Source: Candidatus Altiarchaeota archaeon
GTDB lineage: Archaea > Altiarchaeota > Altiarchaeia > IMC4 > JBDREA01
Reading direction: 5' to 3'
Assembly: GCA_043820265.1 (NCBI GenBank)
Contig: JBDREA010000117.1
Location: 1 to 46,701, forward strand
Length of the DNA: 46,701 nucleotides
In this document: positions 1 through 8,500 of the stretch, piece by piece
How the letters are laid out: the number at the start of each line of letters is the position of its first letter
How positions within the stretch are numbered: the first letter of the stretch is position 1
Program-made: the position numbers and the translations under genes
The notes under the pieces: generated by a model
The model's database searches: none
What the model saw: the letters and a program-made list of their open reading frames with translations, nothing else
What the model was told of the DNA's origin: nothing

Positions 1-56
1 CCTCTATGCGGCGGTTCCAAAGGCCCCGCGAAGCGGGGTGCGCCGCCGCATAGAGG
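1..56. repeat. GC-rich compound hairpin at the window edge: 14-bp perfect outer stem (1-14 / 43-56) enclosing a 6-bp inner stem (24-29 / 33-38, GAA loop)
   Basis: CCTCTATGCGGCGG...CCGCCGCATAGAGG and inner CCCCGC-GAA-GCGGGG read directly. The stem may continue left of the window. Function unknown. Confidence 0.7.
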
Positions 57-93
57 ACTATTAGAAACAAAACAAATTACGGTCGACTTTCAT

Positions 94-114
94 CTGCGAT
101 GCAAAGCATCGCAG
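94..114. repeat. Small perfect hairpin, 9-bp stem with AAA loop
   Basis: CTGCGATGC-AAA-GCATCGCAG read directly. It lies in the non-coding leader upstream of the 237..749 gene. Confidence 0.6.
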
Positions 115-236
115 TATTCAGCCGACAAAATTTGATAAAAACCAGAAAAGAGCTCTCGGCCCCCGTATAATTCTGCTTTTCCCGCCTTCAATTTCGAATT
201 TAAGTTTAGCCTTCCTAAGAATATTCTGAAGGAGAG

Positions 237-749
237 ATGTCTAAGTCCGTGGTTAAAGATGGGGTTCGTAGTAGGCTGGTAAAAGGTACTGAAATAGATG
301 GTGGTCTTCCTGAGCTGAAGCCCGCATATCGATATGAGTTTTTAGCGCCCGTCTCAGGTGACGTTGTGTGGTTGAATGGCAAACAATTCCCCGAAATGCC
401 CTTGACTGGTTGGATAAAAAAACCTAGAGGATTGTCTTTGGGTAGAGGAATTAAGTGGCTGAAGAATTCGAAGTTTGGGCAAAACCTTGCTGAACTCAGC
501 AAATCATTTTCTAGATTCGTTGTACCTCCCGAGGCCGCAAAACAGCTGGATGAAAGCTTGTTAGCTGTAGATAGTCTATGGTTTCATGGACGAAGTGGCT
601 ATGTCCCTATGGAATTCAGAGATATATTTGGAAACGACTACCATGACCTCGGATTCAAGAGTGTTGGATTGATGGAAGTAGAACGTGGACCACATGATGG
701 TGCCACTTACTCAGCTACAGAAATTTCTGGTGGGTTTGATGATGATTGA
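237..749 (+). CDS. Hypothetical protein (170 aa), no recognisable family
   Basis: ATG start preceded by an SD-like GAAGGAGAG. Its stop TGA directly abuts the ATG of the next gene (747-752), which suggests translational coupling. Confidence 0.55.
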   Translation: MSKSVVKDGVRSRLVKGTEIDGGLPELKPAYRYEFLAPVSGDVVWLNGKQFPEMPLTGWIKKPRGLSLGRGIKWLKNSKFGQNLAELSKSFSRFVVPPEAAKQLDESLLAVDSLWFHGRSGYVPMEFRDIFGNDYHDLGFKSVGLMEVERGPHDGATYSATEISGGFDDD

Positions 750-1466
750 ATGACTAAGGTATTCCCCCTTGGCATAGCGATAGCTGGTATTGGTAAATTA
801 GTGAATCATAGGGATAGTGAGACTTGGGGCTTATCGTCTTTTAAAACTGCTCGGAAAGGAGCAAGGATTTCTCAGTTTCTCCTGAAAAAGGGTGTTAGAG
901 TCACACCGACTATCGCAATTGTTCGACTCAACCAATTCCGAGATAAGAAAGGCGAAAAGGTGGAGGTATCGGATCTCATTAAAGATGGTGTTCTCAATAG
1001 GAGATGGAAGAAGCCAGTGGCGATGATCAGGGCTTTTCGCACACCGTTTCGAGTTCGAGACCTCTATGAGGAGAAGTTTAAGGATCTTGATCCTACCAAA
1101 CAGCGAGAGCTCTTAGATCCAATCCTTACGCGGTTAAACGATGAGCTAGGTATAAAACTAACTACTAAAGAAGAGTATTATGATTGGTTTAAGCAAACAT
1201 ATGAAAACCAACTAAAGAAAATGCATGAATTAGGCGTAGTTCATGGTAGAATAACCTTAAACAACTTAACCCTAGCCTGCGAGTTCACTGACTTCGATGA
1301 CTCATGGAGAATACGAGGAATCCCAAAAAGATTTAAATCAAAATTTGCTTTGAGAAGCGACAACAAACACACCAAAGAAGTCATTCCTGAGGGAGATGTC
1401 ATGAGCGTAATCGACAGCTTAAAAGAATACCTTGGAATCGAAGAAAAACCACCTCAAGGAGGATAG
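750..1466 (+). CDS. Hypothetical protein with a possible kinase-like core (Bud32/RIO/Kdo-kinase-like) whose catalytic Asp is replaced
   Basis: MHELGVVHGRITLNNL (nt 1242-1265) resembles the lH..g..HGDL...N catalytic loop but reads HGR. It is followed by DFD (nt 1290-1298) in the DFG-like position. The gene abuts the upstream ORF. Confidence 0.5.
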   Translation: MTKVFPLGIAIAGIGKLVNHRDSETWGLSSFKTARKGARISQFLLKKGVRVTPTIAIVRLNQFRDKKGEKVEVSDLIKDGVLNRRWKKPVAMIRAFRTPFRVRDLYEEKFKDLDPTKQRELLDPILTRLNDELGIKLTTKEEYYDWFKQTYENQLKKMHELGVVHGRITLNNLTLACEFTDFDDSWRIRGIPKRFKSKFALRSDNKHTKEVIPEGDVMSVIDSLKEYLGIEEKPPQGG

Positions 1467-1471
1467 CTCAG

Positions 1472-1479
1472 AAAAAAAA
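1472..1479 (-). terminator. T8 tract (minus strand) 9 nt downstream of the apgM stop; archaeal oligo-T terminator candidate
   Basis: A8 on the plus strand is T8 on the coding strand of apgM. Confidence 0.4.
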
Positions 1480-1487
1480 TATCTTAA

Positions 1488-2711
1488 TCAGTCCCCGTAC
1501 AACTCTGCTTTTCCGAGTATGTTTTGTATTTCCGGCATTAGGTTTAATCCGATTATTCTTCCGAGTCCGCCTTGGGCGCAGTTTCGTTCTCCGAATTCTT
1601 TGTTTTGGTCTACTCTTACTCCGACTCCGCTCATGAGAAGAGGTGTCGGATCGCCGCTGTGGTCTTTGAGTGCGCAGGGAGTAGAGTGGTCTCCTGTCAC
1701 AATGATCAATGTGTCTTTTCGTTCCACTAATTTTGCCGCTGCTTTGTCGACTTTTTCGATGAACTCTTTTTTTCCGTTGAAGTCTCCGTCGTGGGAATAG
1801 TCGTCTGTTCCCTTGATGTGAAGGAATACGAAATCGTATTTTTCGAGAGCAACGAGTGTGGCTGCGAACTTTGCGTCGACGTCTGTGTTGGCTTTTCCGG
1901 TTGCGCCCTTGACGTCGATGAGATCGAACCCCAGAAGCCGGGCTACTCCCTTGTACAATCCCCCGCCTGCGATGCATGCTGCTTTGAATCCCCAACGCTC
2001 CTCAAAGGTGGGGATTTCAGCAACGTATCCTGCGCCGCGAACGAGGATGAAGTTGGCGGCCGGTTTATTCTCTTTTAGCCGTTTCTTGTTTAGTTCGTGA
2101 TCTGCGAACAATTCATGTGTTTGGAGCAGGAACGCATTAAGTGCTCTGGCTGTTTTAGCAGCTTCGGGTGAATTGTCTTCAGGTTTCACCTGATGCACTC
2201 TCTCATCGACTTTGTGGGGATCAGCATCCGTGATGTTGGAAGATAATCCTACTCCCCGCATGATTATGCCCATGCGGTGTCCTGTCCCCGCCTTGACCCG
2301 GAATTCAACGTCCTCGATTTTTATTCCGTCAACCAATTTGGCGAAAGGAGATGTGTCGTCAATCCTGCCCGCCCTTCTGTCGACAACTTTCAAATCTTCG
2401 TCGACTGTTCCCATGTTCCCGCGGAACGCGATGTCGCCGGGCTGAAAATCCATTCCAATCCCTGCGACCTCGAAGGCGCCTCTCCCGTGATAGTGCTCCT
2501 TTGGGTCGTATCCAAGAATCGCCATATGGCTTGTATCGGAGCCGGGGCGTACACCGAATCCGCAGGCATTCATGGTGCCAGTGATTCCAGAAGCGACGAG
2601 TTTGTCTAAGTTTTTGGTTTCGGCTTTTTCCAGAGGCGTGAGTCCCCCGAATTCAGCAATCGGGCGGTCTCCGAGTCCGTCCAAGATCATCAACACGACT
2701 TTCGATGTCAT
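1488..2711 (-). CDS. apgM: 2,3-bisphosphoglycerate-independent phosphoglycerate mutase, archaeal type (ApgM)
   Basis: The N-terminal VVLMILDGLGDRP motif, the TGDHSTP metal-site motif, a length of about 407 aa and the overall pattern are typical of archaeal ApgM. ATG start checked. Confidence 0.9.
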   Translation of the reverse strand: MTSKVVLMILDGLGDRPIAEFGGLTPLEKAETKNLDKLVASGITGTMNACGFGVRPGSDTSHMAILGYDPKEHYHGRGAFEVAGIGMDFQPGDIAFRGNMGTVDEDLKVVDRRAGRIDDTSPFAKLVDGIKIEDVEFRVKAGTGHRMGIIMRGVGLSSNITDADPHKVDERVHQVKPEDNSPEAAKTARALNAFLLQTHELFADHELNKKRLKENKPAANFILVRGAGYVAEIPTFEERWGFKAACIAGGGLYKGVARLLGFDLIDVKGATGKANTDVDAKFAATLVALEKYDFVFLHIKGTDDYSHDGDFNGKKEFIEKVDKAAAKLVERKDTLIIVTGDHSTPCALKDHSGDPTPLLMSGVGVRVDQNKEFGERNCAQGGLGRIIGLNLMPEIQNILGKAELYGD

Positions 2712-2803
2712 TTCCTTTACCTATGGGAAGACAATAAAAAATGATGAGGGATTTCTGACATAGACAGTTTCATTAAAATATTAAGCCTACTATATCAGGT
2801 ACA

Positions 2804-3766
2804 ATGGAAAATTGTGTGAGGTTTTTTATTTTTTTAGTAGTCCTTCTTGCACCTTCAATCCTCGTTAGTGCTGCAACCTGTGGCGGAGCCACCCCCTGCA
2901 ACTGCACCGATACGGTGGTGGAAAGCTACAACCTCTCAGAGAGCCTTAATTGCAGTTTCGCTGGATTCACGATAGGTGCAGACAATCTGATCCTTGATTG
3001 CTTCGGATTTGGTTTGACGGGAAACAATATTGAATTCGGGATGCAGATCCTAAACCAAAGTAATGTGACTGTTAGAAACTGCACATTAACAAACTTTGAA
3101 AATGGGATCTATGTCTCAGGATCATCTAATGTCACCTTAGAGAACAACTCGTTTTTCAATAACACGCGCGATGGGGTAAGCCTCGCATCCTCTGCTTCCA
3201 ACAATTCTTTTTGGGAGAACATCGCAAGTTTCAACGGCAGGAACGGGATAGACCTTTATAATTCCACTTTCAACGACCTCGTAAACAACACCTGTGACTT
3301 CAACGGCAGATACGGACTGTATCTCAACGAAACCAGCACCAATAATACAATAACGGAAAACCAGTTTTGCTCAAACAACCAGGACGATGGAGGTTACACA
3401 GACATCTTTGACGGTGATTCAAATACAGGGGACCTCAACACCTGCAACACCACAACGAATTGGAACGATACAGGAACAACAGGTTGCACGGATTCCTGCA
3501 GCGCACCGACGACGACAACGACTACAACAACGACCACCACAACTACTACAACCACGACCACAACTTCGACTACGACAACGACGACCACAACCACTTCAAC
3601 TACATCTACTACAGCACCTGCCTCAACCACATCAACTTCGACAACGACATCTTCATCAACTACAACCAGTTCTTCGACGTCTACAATCTTGGTTTGCCCG
3701 GCTAACCACTCCTGCCATAACCTCTTTTCAGGCTGGACTTTGATCGCAGTAAGTATTATTCCTTAA
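2804..3766 (+). CDS. Secreted right-handed beta-helix (PbH1/NosD-like) repeat protein with a poly-Thr/Ser linker and a short hydrophobic C-terminus
   Basis: Signal peptide FFIFLVVLLAPSILVSAA. Repeated N-x-[ST]...N.I...NG.GI.L units (NVTVRNCTLTNFENGIYV, NNSFFNNTRDGVSL, NGRNGIDL, NGRYGLYL). A 59-aa S/T tract. Many N-x-S/T sequons. Confidence 0.8.
   Translation: MENCVRFFIFLVVLLAPSILVSAATCGGATPCNCTDTVVESYNLSESLNCSFAGFTIGADNLILDCFGFGLTGNNIEFGMQILNQSNVTVRNCTLTNFENGIYVSGSSNVTLENNSFFNNTRDGVSLASSASNNSFWENIASFNGRNGIDLYNSTFNDLVNNTCDFNGRYGLYLNETSTNNTITENQFCSNNQDDGGYTDIFDGDSNTGDLNTCNTTTNWNDTGTTGCTDSCSAPTTTTTTTTTTTTTTTTTTTSTTTTTTTTTSTTSTTAPASTTSTSTTTSSSTTTSSSTSTILVCPANHSCHNLFSGWTLIAVSIIP
3509..3685 (+). 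repeat. Low-complexity ACN/TCN codon tract encoding the Thr/Ser linker (aa 236-294)
   Basis: Read directly. The tract is in frame with the 2804..3766 CDS. It also generates three spurious alternative-frame ORFs in the ORF track. Confidence 0.9.
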
Positions 3767-3778
3767 AAAATAGAGATG

Positions 3779-3852
3779 TGGGCCCGCCGCGATTCGAACA
3801 CGGGTCATCAGGTCCGAAGCCCGATAGGATATCCAAGCTACCCCACAGGCCC
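3779..3852 (-). tRNA. tRNA-Arg (anticodon UCG), 74 nt, no encoded CCA
   Basis: The reverse complement GGGCCTGTGGGGTAGCTTGGATATCCTATCGGGCTTCGGACCTGATGACCCGTGTTCGAATCGCGGCGGGCCCA folds as a cloverleaf. It has a 7-bp acceptor stem (one G-U), a D arm GGGT/ATCC with GG in the loop, an anticodon loop CUUCGGA and a T arm CCGTG-TTCGAAT-CGCGG. There are 2 nt instead of 1 between the D and anticodon stems, and a 4-nt variable loop. Confidence 0.85.
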
Positions 3853-3873
3853 ACACGTATACGAGAATAATCT

Positions 3874-5559
3874 ATGGGGAGGAAGGAATTTATAATAGCC
3901 AACTTACGAAATCTCGGTTTTTATGTTTGTCCTTCCCTTATTTTTGTAGTGTTTGTTATGCCTGTTACAAGAATACGATCTAAAGAAGCTCTCACAGCAA
4001 TTCCCAAAGATATAAGGGACCAGGGAGATATTTTAAAACAACCTGGACTGCCTCCAGTACTAACAAATATTCCAAAAAAGGATCCCCTCAGAATTTCTGA
4101 ATCTGAAGCGAGTAGGGTTAGAGAGATTATCGAAGAATCGCTTAATCCGGAATCGAGAATCGAGAAATATATTCTTGATAAGATTAAAGCCGATCCTAAG
4201 AGAGCTGAAAAATGGATTATGCGGATGCCAGTGGAGAAGTATATAGCTGGCGCAACCATTAAGGAAGGAGTTGAAGCGGTTCAGGCCTTGAATAACCAGG
4301 GAGTTCGTGGCTTAATGGACCGTCTTGGAGAATTTATTGATACGCCAGAACAAGCAAAAGAATCGGTGACAAAGTACAAAGGCGACATTGACGAGATAGC
4401 AAAAAATGGTTTGAATTCAGCTGTCTCCTTTAAACTTTCTATGATGGGGATGGGTTTAAAACGAGACGGGGATCTGGAGGGTTTAGATGACTCGTTTTGT
4501 TTCGACAATGTGAAGGAAGTCCTCGACCATGCCAAAAAGATGGGGGTGAAGGTCGAATTTGATATGGAAAACAGCCCCTTCTACAAACGCACAGTAGATA
4601 TGGTTAAGAAATTCCAAGGAGAGGGATACAAGGATTTGGCTGCTGCGTTGCAAGCAAATATTAAAGATTCACCTAACCAATTCGAAGAAATCCTTTCACG
4701 TGGGATTAAGATTAGGTGGGTTCGCGGGGTATACCGAGAAACAGATAAAAGCATCGCACACACAGAGCCAGATGATATAAGAAAAGCTCAGAAGGAGGGG
4801 ATAACAAAACTTTTAGAGCTTGCAGTAAAGCACAAGGATAAGGGAGCCAAGGTCGCTATTGCAACTCATAAAAAGGACATGGTGAATTTTGCACTGGAAG
4901 AATGTGAGAGACTAGGAATAAAACCAGATGATGGTATTGTTGAATTCCAATTCTTGCGCGGATTCGGAGGGAGATTAAAAAGGAAAACCGTCCGACTCGG
5001 CTGGGAGACGTCAGAGTATACTCCGCAGGGAGAAGATCTTATACCATATTATGCTAGAAGAATTGTTGAGGAGTTGAGGAACATCGCTGCTCTTCCAAAG
5101 ATTAAGGCCCTCAAAGAAGTAGGTAGACTGGGGCTAACAATCTTTGAGAAACCAGCAAGGTTGTCTTCGAAATCTATATTTCGTCCGATGCATGAAAGTG
5201 AGGTCTCTGATGGATTGGAGATTCCCCAGAAGACGGTGGATGCAAACCTCGAAGCCGTACGTAGGTTAGAGGCAATGTATGGAAAAGACAAAATCGAGAC
5301 ACTTCTTCCAAATACGGAATTGAGGGCAACTGCTGGTTCAACCCTTGAAGAGATAATCGATTTGGCAGCCGAACCAGACAGAAAAGTGATTGTTGAGAAA
5401 TCATTACCTGACCTATATCGGAGCTTAGGAGAAAGGGAGATCGACATCAATAGGGAGACTCTTGAAAAAGTTAGAATCGAAGTCAAGGATCATCCATGGG
5501 TTTTAAAGGCTGCAGCAGTCGATGACATAAGAAGAAAAAGAAAGATACGTGCTGATTGA
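3874..5559 (+). CDS. Proline dehydrogenase-family (PutA-like FAD TIM barrel) protein with long N- and C-terminal extensions
   Basis: YIAGATIKEGVEAVQALNNQGVRGLMDRLGEF, SFKLSMMG and EFQFLRGFG match the conserved ProDH blocks (AG.t..ea...ln..G....d.LGE; s.KlS.lG; fq.L.Gm). The start is uncertain. ATG 3874 lies 22 nt from the divergent tRNA, and ATG 3958 (MPVTRIR) is an alternative. Confidence 0.6.
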   Translation: MGRKEFIIANLRNLGFYVCPSLIFVVFVMPVTRIRSKEALTAIPKDIRDQGDILKQPGLPPVLTNIPKKDPLRISESEASRVREIIEESLNPESRIEKYILDKIKADPKRAEKWIMRMPVEKYIAGATIKEGVEAVQALNNQGVRGLMDRLGEFIDTPEQAKESVTKYKGDIDEIAKNGLNSAVSFKLSMMGMGLKRDGDLEGLDDSFCFDNVKEVLDHAKKMGVKVEFDMENSPFYKRTVDMVKKFQGEGYKDLAAALQANIKDSPNQFEEILSRGIKIRWVRGVYRETDKSIAHTEPDDIRKAQKEGITKLLELAVKHKDKGAKVAIATHKKDMVNFALEECERLGIKPDDGIVEFQFLRGFGGRLKRKTVRLGWETSEYTPQGEDLIPYYARRIVEELRNIAALPKIKALKEVGRLGLTIFEKPARLSSKSIFRPMHESEVSDGLEIPQKTVDANLEAVRRLEAMYGKDKIETLLPNTELRATAGSTLEEIIDLAAEPDRKVIVEKSLPDLYRSLGEREIDINRETLEKVRIEVKDHPWVLKAAAVDDIRRKRKIRAD

Positions 5560-5567
5560 AAAAAAAA
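5559..5567 (-). terminator. T9 tract (minus strand) 16 nt downstream of the giant-protein stop
   Basis: A9 on the plus strand, lying between convergent genes. Confidence 0.4.
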
Positions 5568-5582
5568 GATTTCTATCTCAAA

Positions 5583-8500
5583 TCATAAGCTGACATACAG
5601 GCTTATCAGGTTCCATCCGGTTTCTAAGTTTAGGTCCAGATCAAGTATTCCGAGTCCTCCTCCGAGCGTGAATGTGCTGAGCTGTGTGACTTCCGCCCAG
5701 AGGTAGTTTTCTTCTGTGTTTATCCCGTTTGAGTTTACTATTGGGTGTGTTTCGTTTAGAAGCTGCCATTCGGATACTGTCGTGTTGTATCTGTAGATTC
5801 CGAGGTCTGATTCGGCGAGCCCGGATGATGCGAGTTCGGCGTCTGTGTAGTAGAATTTTATGAGTACTGAGTCTAGTGCATCTGTCAGTTCGGAATCCAT
5901 CTCGATTGTGATGAATTTGCCTAGACCTAAGAGTGTATAGTTTCCTGTTGTGTCGTTTCCGGATACTGTGACCGTGACGTTTGCGTTTGAGACGTTTGCG
6001 TGCGTTGTAATTTCTAGGACAGTATCTGTACCAGATGAATAAACGATTTTAGTTGAACCATTTGTCGTATTTGTAGTTGTGGTCACTGTGATGTTTTCGA
6101 CTACTTCAAAGCTCGCAGTCTCGGTTGCGTTAATGTTTCCGAAGGTGTCGTTTGCCACTATCCTGACAGTGTAGTTTCCGATCTGATCTGTACTTGTGAA
6201 ATACCCCGTATATGTAGGTGAAGAACTTGACATACCTACCAATTCATTTGATGCATCAGGCATGCTAACGTTTGCTCTAACAGTTGATACTTCGGAGTCG
6301 AGGTCTGTTACTGAAGCTGAGATTGAGACTGGGACTCCGTTTACTATAGGATTGGGACTTACTTGCAATGCATAAACTTGGGGGGGTACATCATCGATTA
6401 ACCAGCCAAAGTAGTCTTCGAATGGGTGGTGGTCCATCACCCATGATAATCCGCTTACGTTGAATGGTTGGCTTCCGTTTGATGGATTTCCGGTAACTGA
6501 ATGATTATCGTAGTAATTGCCACCGATTGATGCGCTCAGGTTCCAATGGTTGCCTACACCGTCGAATGCATGGGTTGTTGTGCTACCGATGAAGTTATTG
6601 TGGAAAATGCTATTGTTGTTCGCACCTGTTGATGTATAAGCTCCATAATCATTTTGCATTAGGGTGTTGTTCATGAATTCGTTGTGGTCTGAGTAGTAAA
6701 AGTAGACCCCAGCATTACTTGATTGAATTGAATTTTTCGTCATCATGTTTCTGTCACTGTAATACAGATAGATTCCTGCATCGCTTGTTCCCTCTGAGTG
6801 GTTCTCCAGATCGTTCTGAGTCATTGTATTGGAGGATGAACTGTAGAGATATATTGCTGAATCACTGCCTCCCGCCGATCCATCCTGGTTTGAATGGGCA
6901 GTGTTTTTTGATATTATGTTGAAGTTGGAGGCATAGATGTACAATCCATGGTCTTGATTATTGCTCGCAGTATTTTCCAGAATTTCATTGTAGTTGGAAT
7001 AGTACAAGTAGATGCCGTAGTCAGAGTTAGAGTTAAAAGAGTTATTTCTTATTGTGTCGTTGTGGGAATAGTAATAGTACAATCCAGTTTCGCTTAACCT
7101 CACAGTGTTGTGTTCGATAATGTTGTTTGAAGATGATGAACTAATATAGATCCCGATGCTGTAGTTTAGGAATGTGCAATTCCTGATTGTCACGTTGCTT
7201 TTTCCATTGAGATATACCCCATATCCTGCATTCGACCCGTAAATGAAGGATCCGTTACAATCCAAGGTGACATGAGATGCGTTTATAATAATCGCTCCAT
7301 CAGTTTCAGGGTCCGGAAGGTTCTTTGCCCAGCCATCAAGGATTGTATCTGAGTTGATGTATAACTCGGGTATCTGAGGTAACGTCAGGTTGAGAGTAGT
7401 ATTCTGTCCTGCCGTCACGTTGGTTTGGGTTGTGTTACCAAAAAGGTTTACGCTGTGTTTTGCCGCAGCTGTAACATTGTATGTTCCGGTCTTGAGTCGG
7501 ATTATTTCATAGTGTCCGCTTGAATTCGTGCTGTCTGAACCTGAACTTGGGCCTCCACTCAAAGAGATGGAGAGTGAGGTTACAGGATTCCCATTGACAT
7601 CAGTTACTCTTCCTAGAATCATTCCTCCCGTTGGTTGGGTTATGTTGTAGTAAACGACTTGTCCTGAGGAAACATTTACTGTGCCGGCCGAAGAGTTTTC
7701 GATATAGTTGCCACTACCGGGAGGTGTTATAGTGAGGTTGTATGTTCCGTTCAGTCTCTCAAAGAGATATGTTCCATTGACGTCTGAATAATCGTTTGCC
7801 GAGCCTGAACCTGTGATGTAGACGAGGGCGTTGTAGACGGATGAGCCGTTCTCGGCCAATACTGTGCCAGTAAGGATTCCTCCGGGGGGTAGTGTGACGT
7901 TTCCGTCGAATACCTGCCCATAGCTCACTTCGAGTGTGGTAGAGTTAGAAAGTAGATTCGGTCCTGAAGGCGGAGTAACTGTCATTGTATAGTTGCCGGG
8001 TGTGAGTCGGTTGAAGGAATAGTGCCCACTGGCATTTGAGTATATAGTTCCAGAGCTTGGGCCGCTTTTCACAACTTTAGCGTTGTAGATGGGCGTTCCG
8101 TTTCTGAATGATATGGCTCCAGATATTACTCCTCCAACCGGGACGGTCATGTTGAAGTGCGTGACCTGACCCAGGGTCACATTGACTGTTGTGGAATTCG
8201 AAAGATAGTTTGTAGAGGACGGAGGGTTAGCTGTTAGAAGATAGCTTCCTGTGCTTAGACGTGTGATGTTGTAGTGGCCGCTTGCGTTGGAGTAGTTAGA
8301 ACTGCTTGAGGTGTAGATGTATGTGTAGTTCACGAAGCTTCCGTTGGATGCGATGACCTGCCCTGCAATTGAGCCTCCAATTGGCAATGTTATGTTGTAG
8401 TAGGTTGTCTGATCTTTCACAACGTCAGCGGAGGACGAGTTAGACTTCAGGTTCGGGCCATCTGGCGGGGTGGCGGTTATGGATTTGGTCCCGGTCGTCA

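Noticed and set aside
1-135. An open frame running from the window start to the TGA at 133-135, as the 3' end of an upstream gene
   Set aside because: It cannot be evaluated without upstream sequence. The interval is dominated by a 56-nt GC-rich nested hairpin, which is more suggestive of a non-coding structure. It is left unannotated as CDS.
1468-2609. Several ORFs overlapping apgM in other frames or on the other strand, including a 175-aa Arg-rich ORF at 1468..1995 (-) and plus-strand ORFs at 1432..1800, 1791..2078 and 2277..2609
   Set aside because: The minus-strand frame 1488..2711 has full-length, high-quality similarity to ApgM. The others are compositionally biased (Arg/Ser/Pro-rich) shadows with no recognisable motifs.
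3387-3743. Three alternative-frame ORFs (3387..3743 +, 3394..3630 -, 3460..3705 +) and a possible tandem-repeat or CRISPR-like array over the ACN-rich tract
   Set aside because: They are artefacts of the in-frame poly-Thr/Ser linker of the 2804..3766 protein. There is no repeat-spacer periodicity, only degenerate codon-level repetition.
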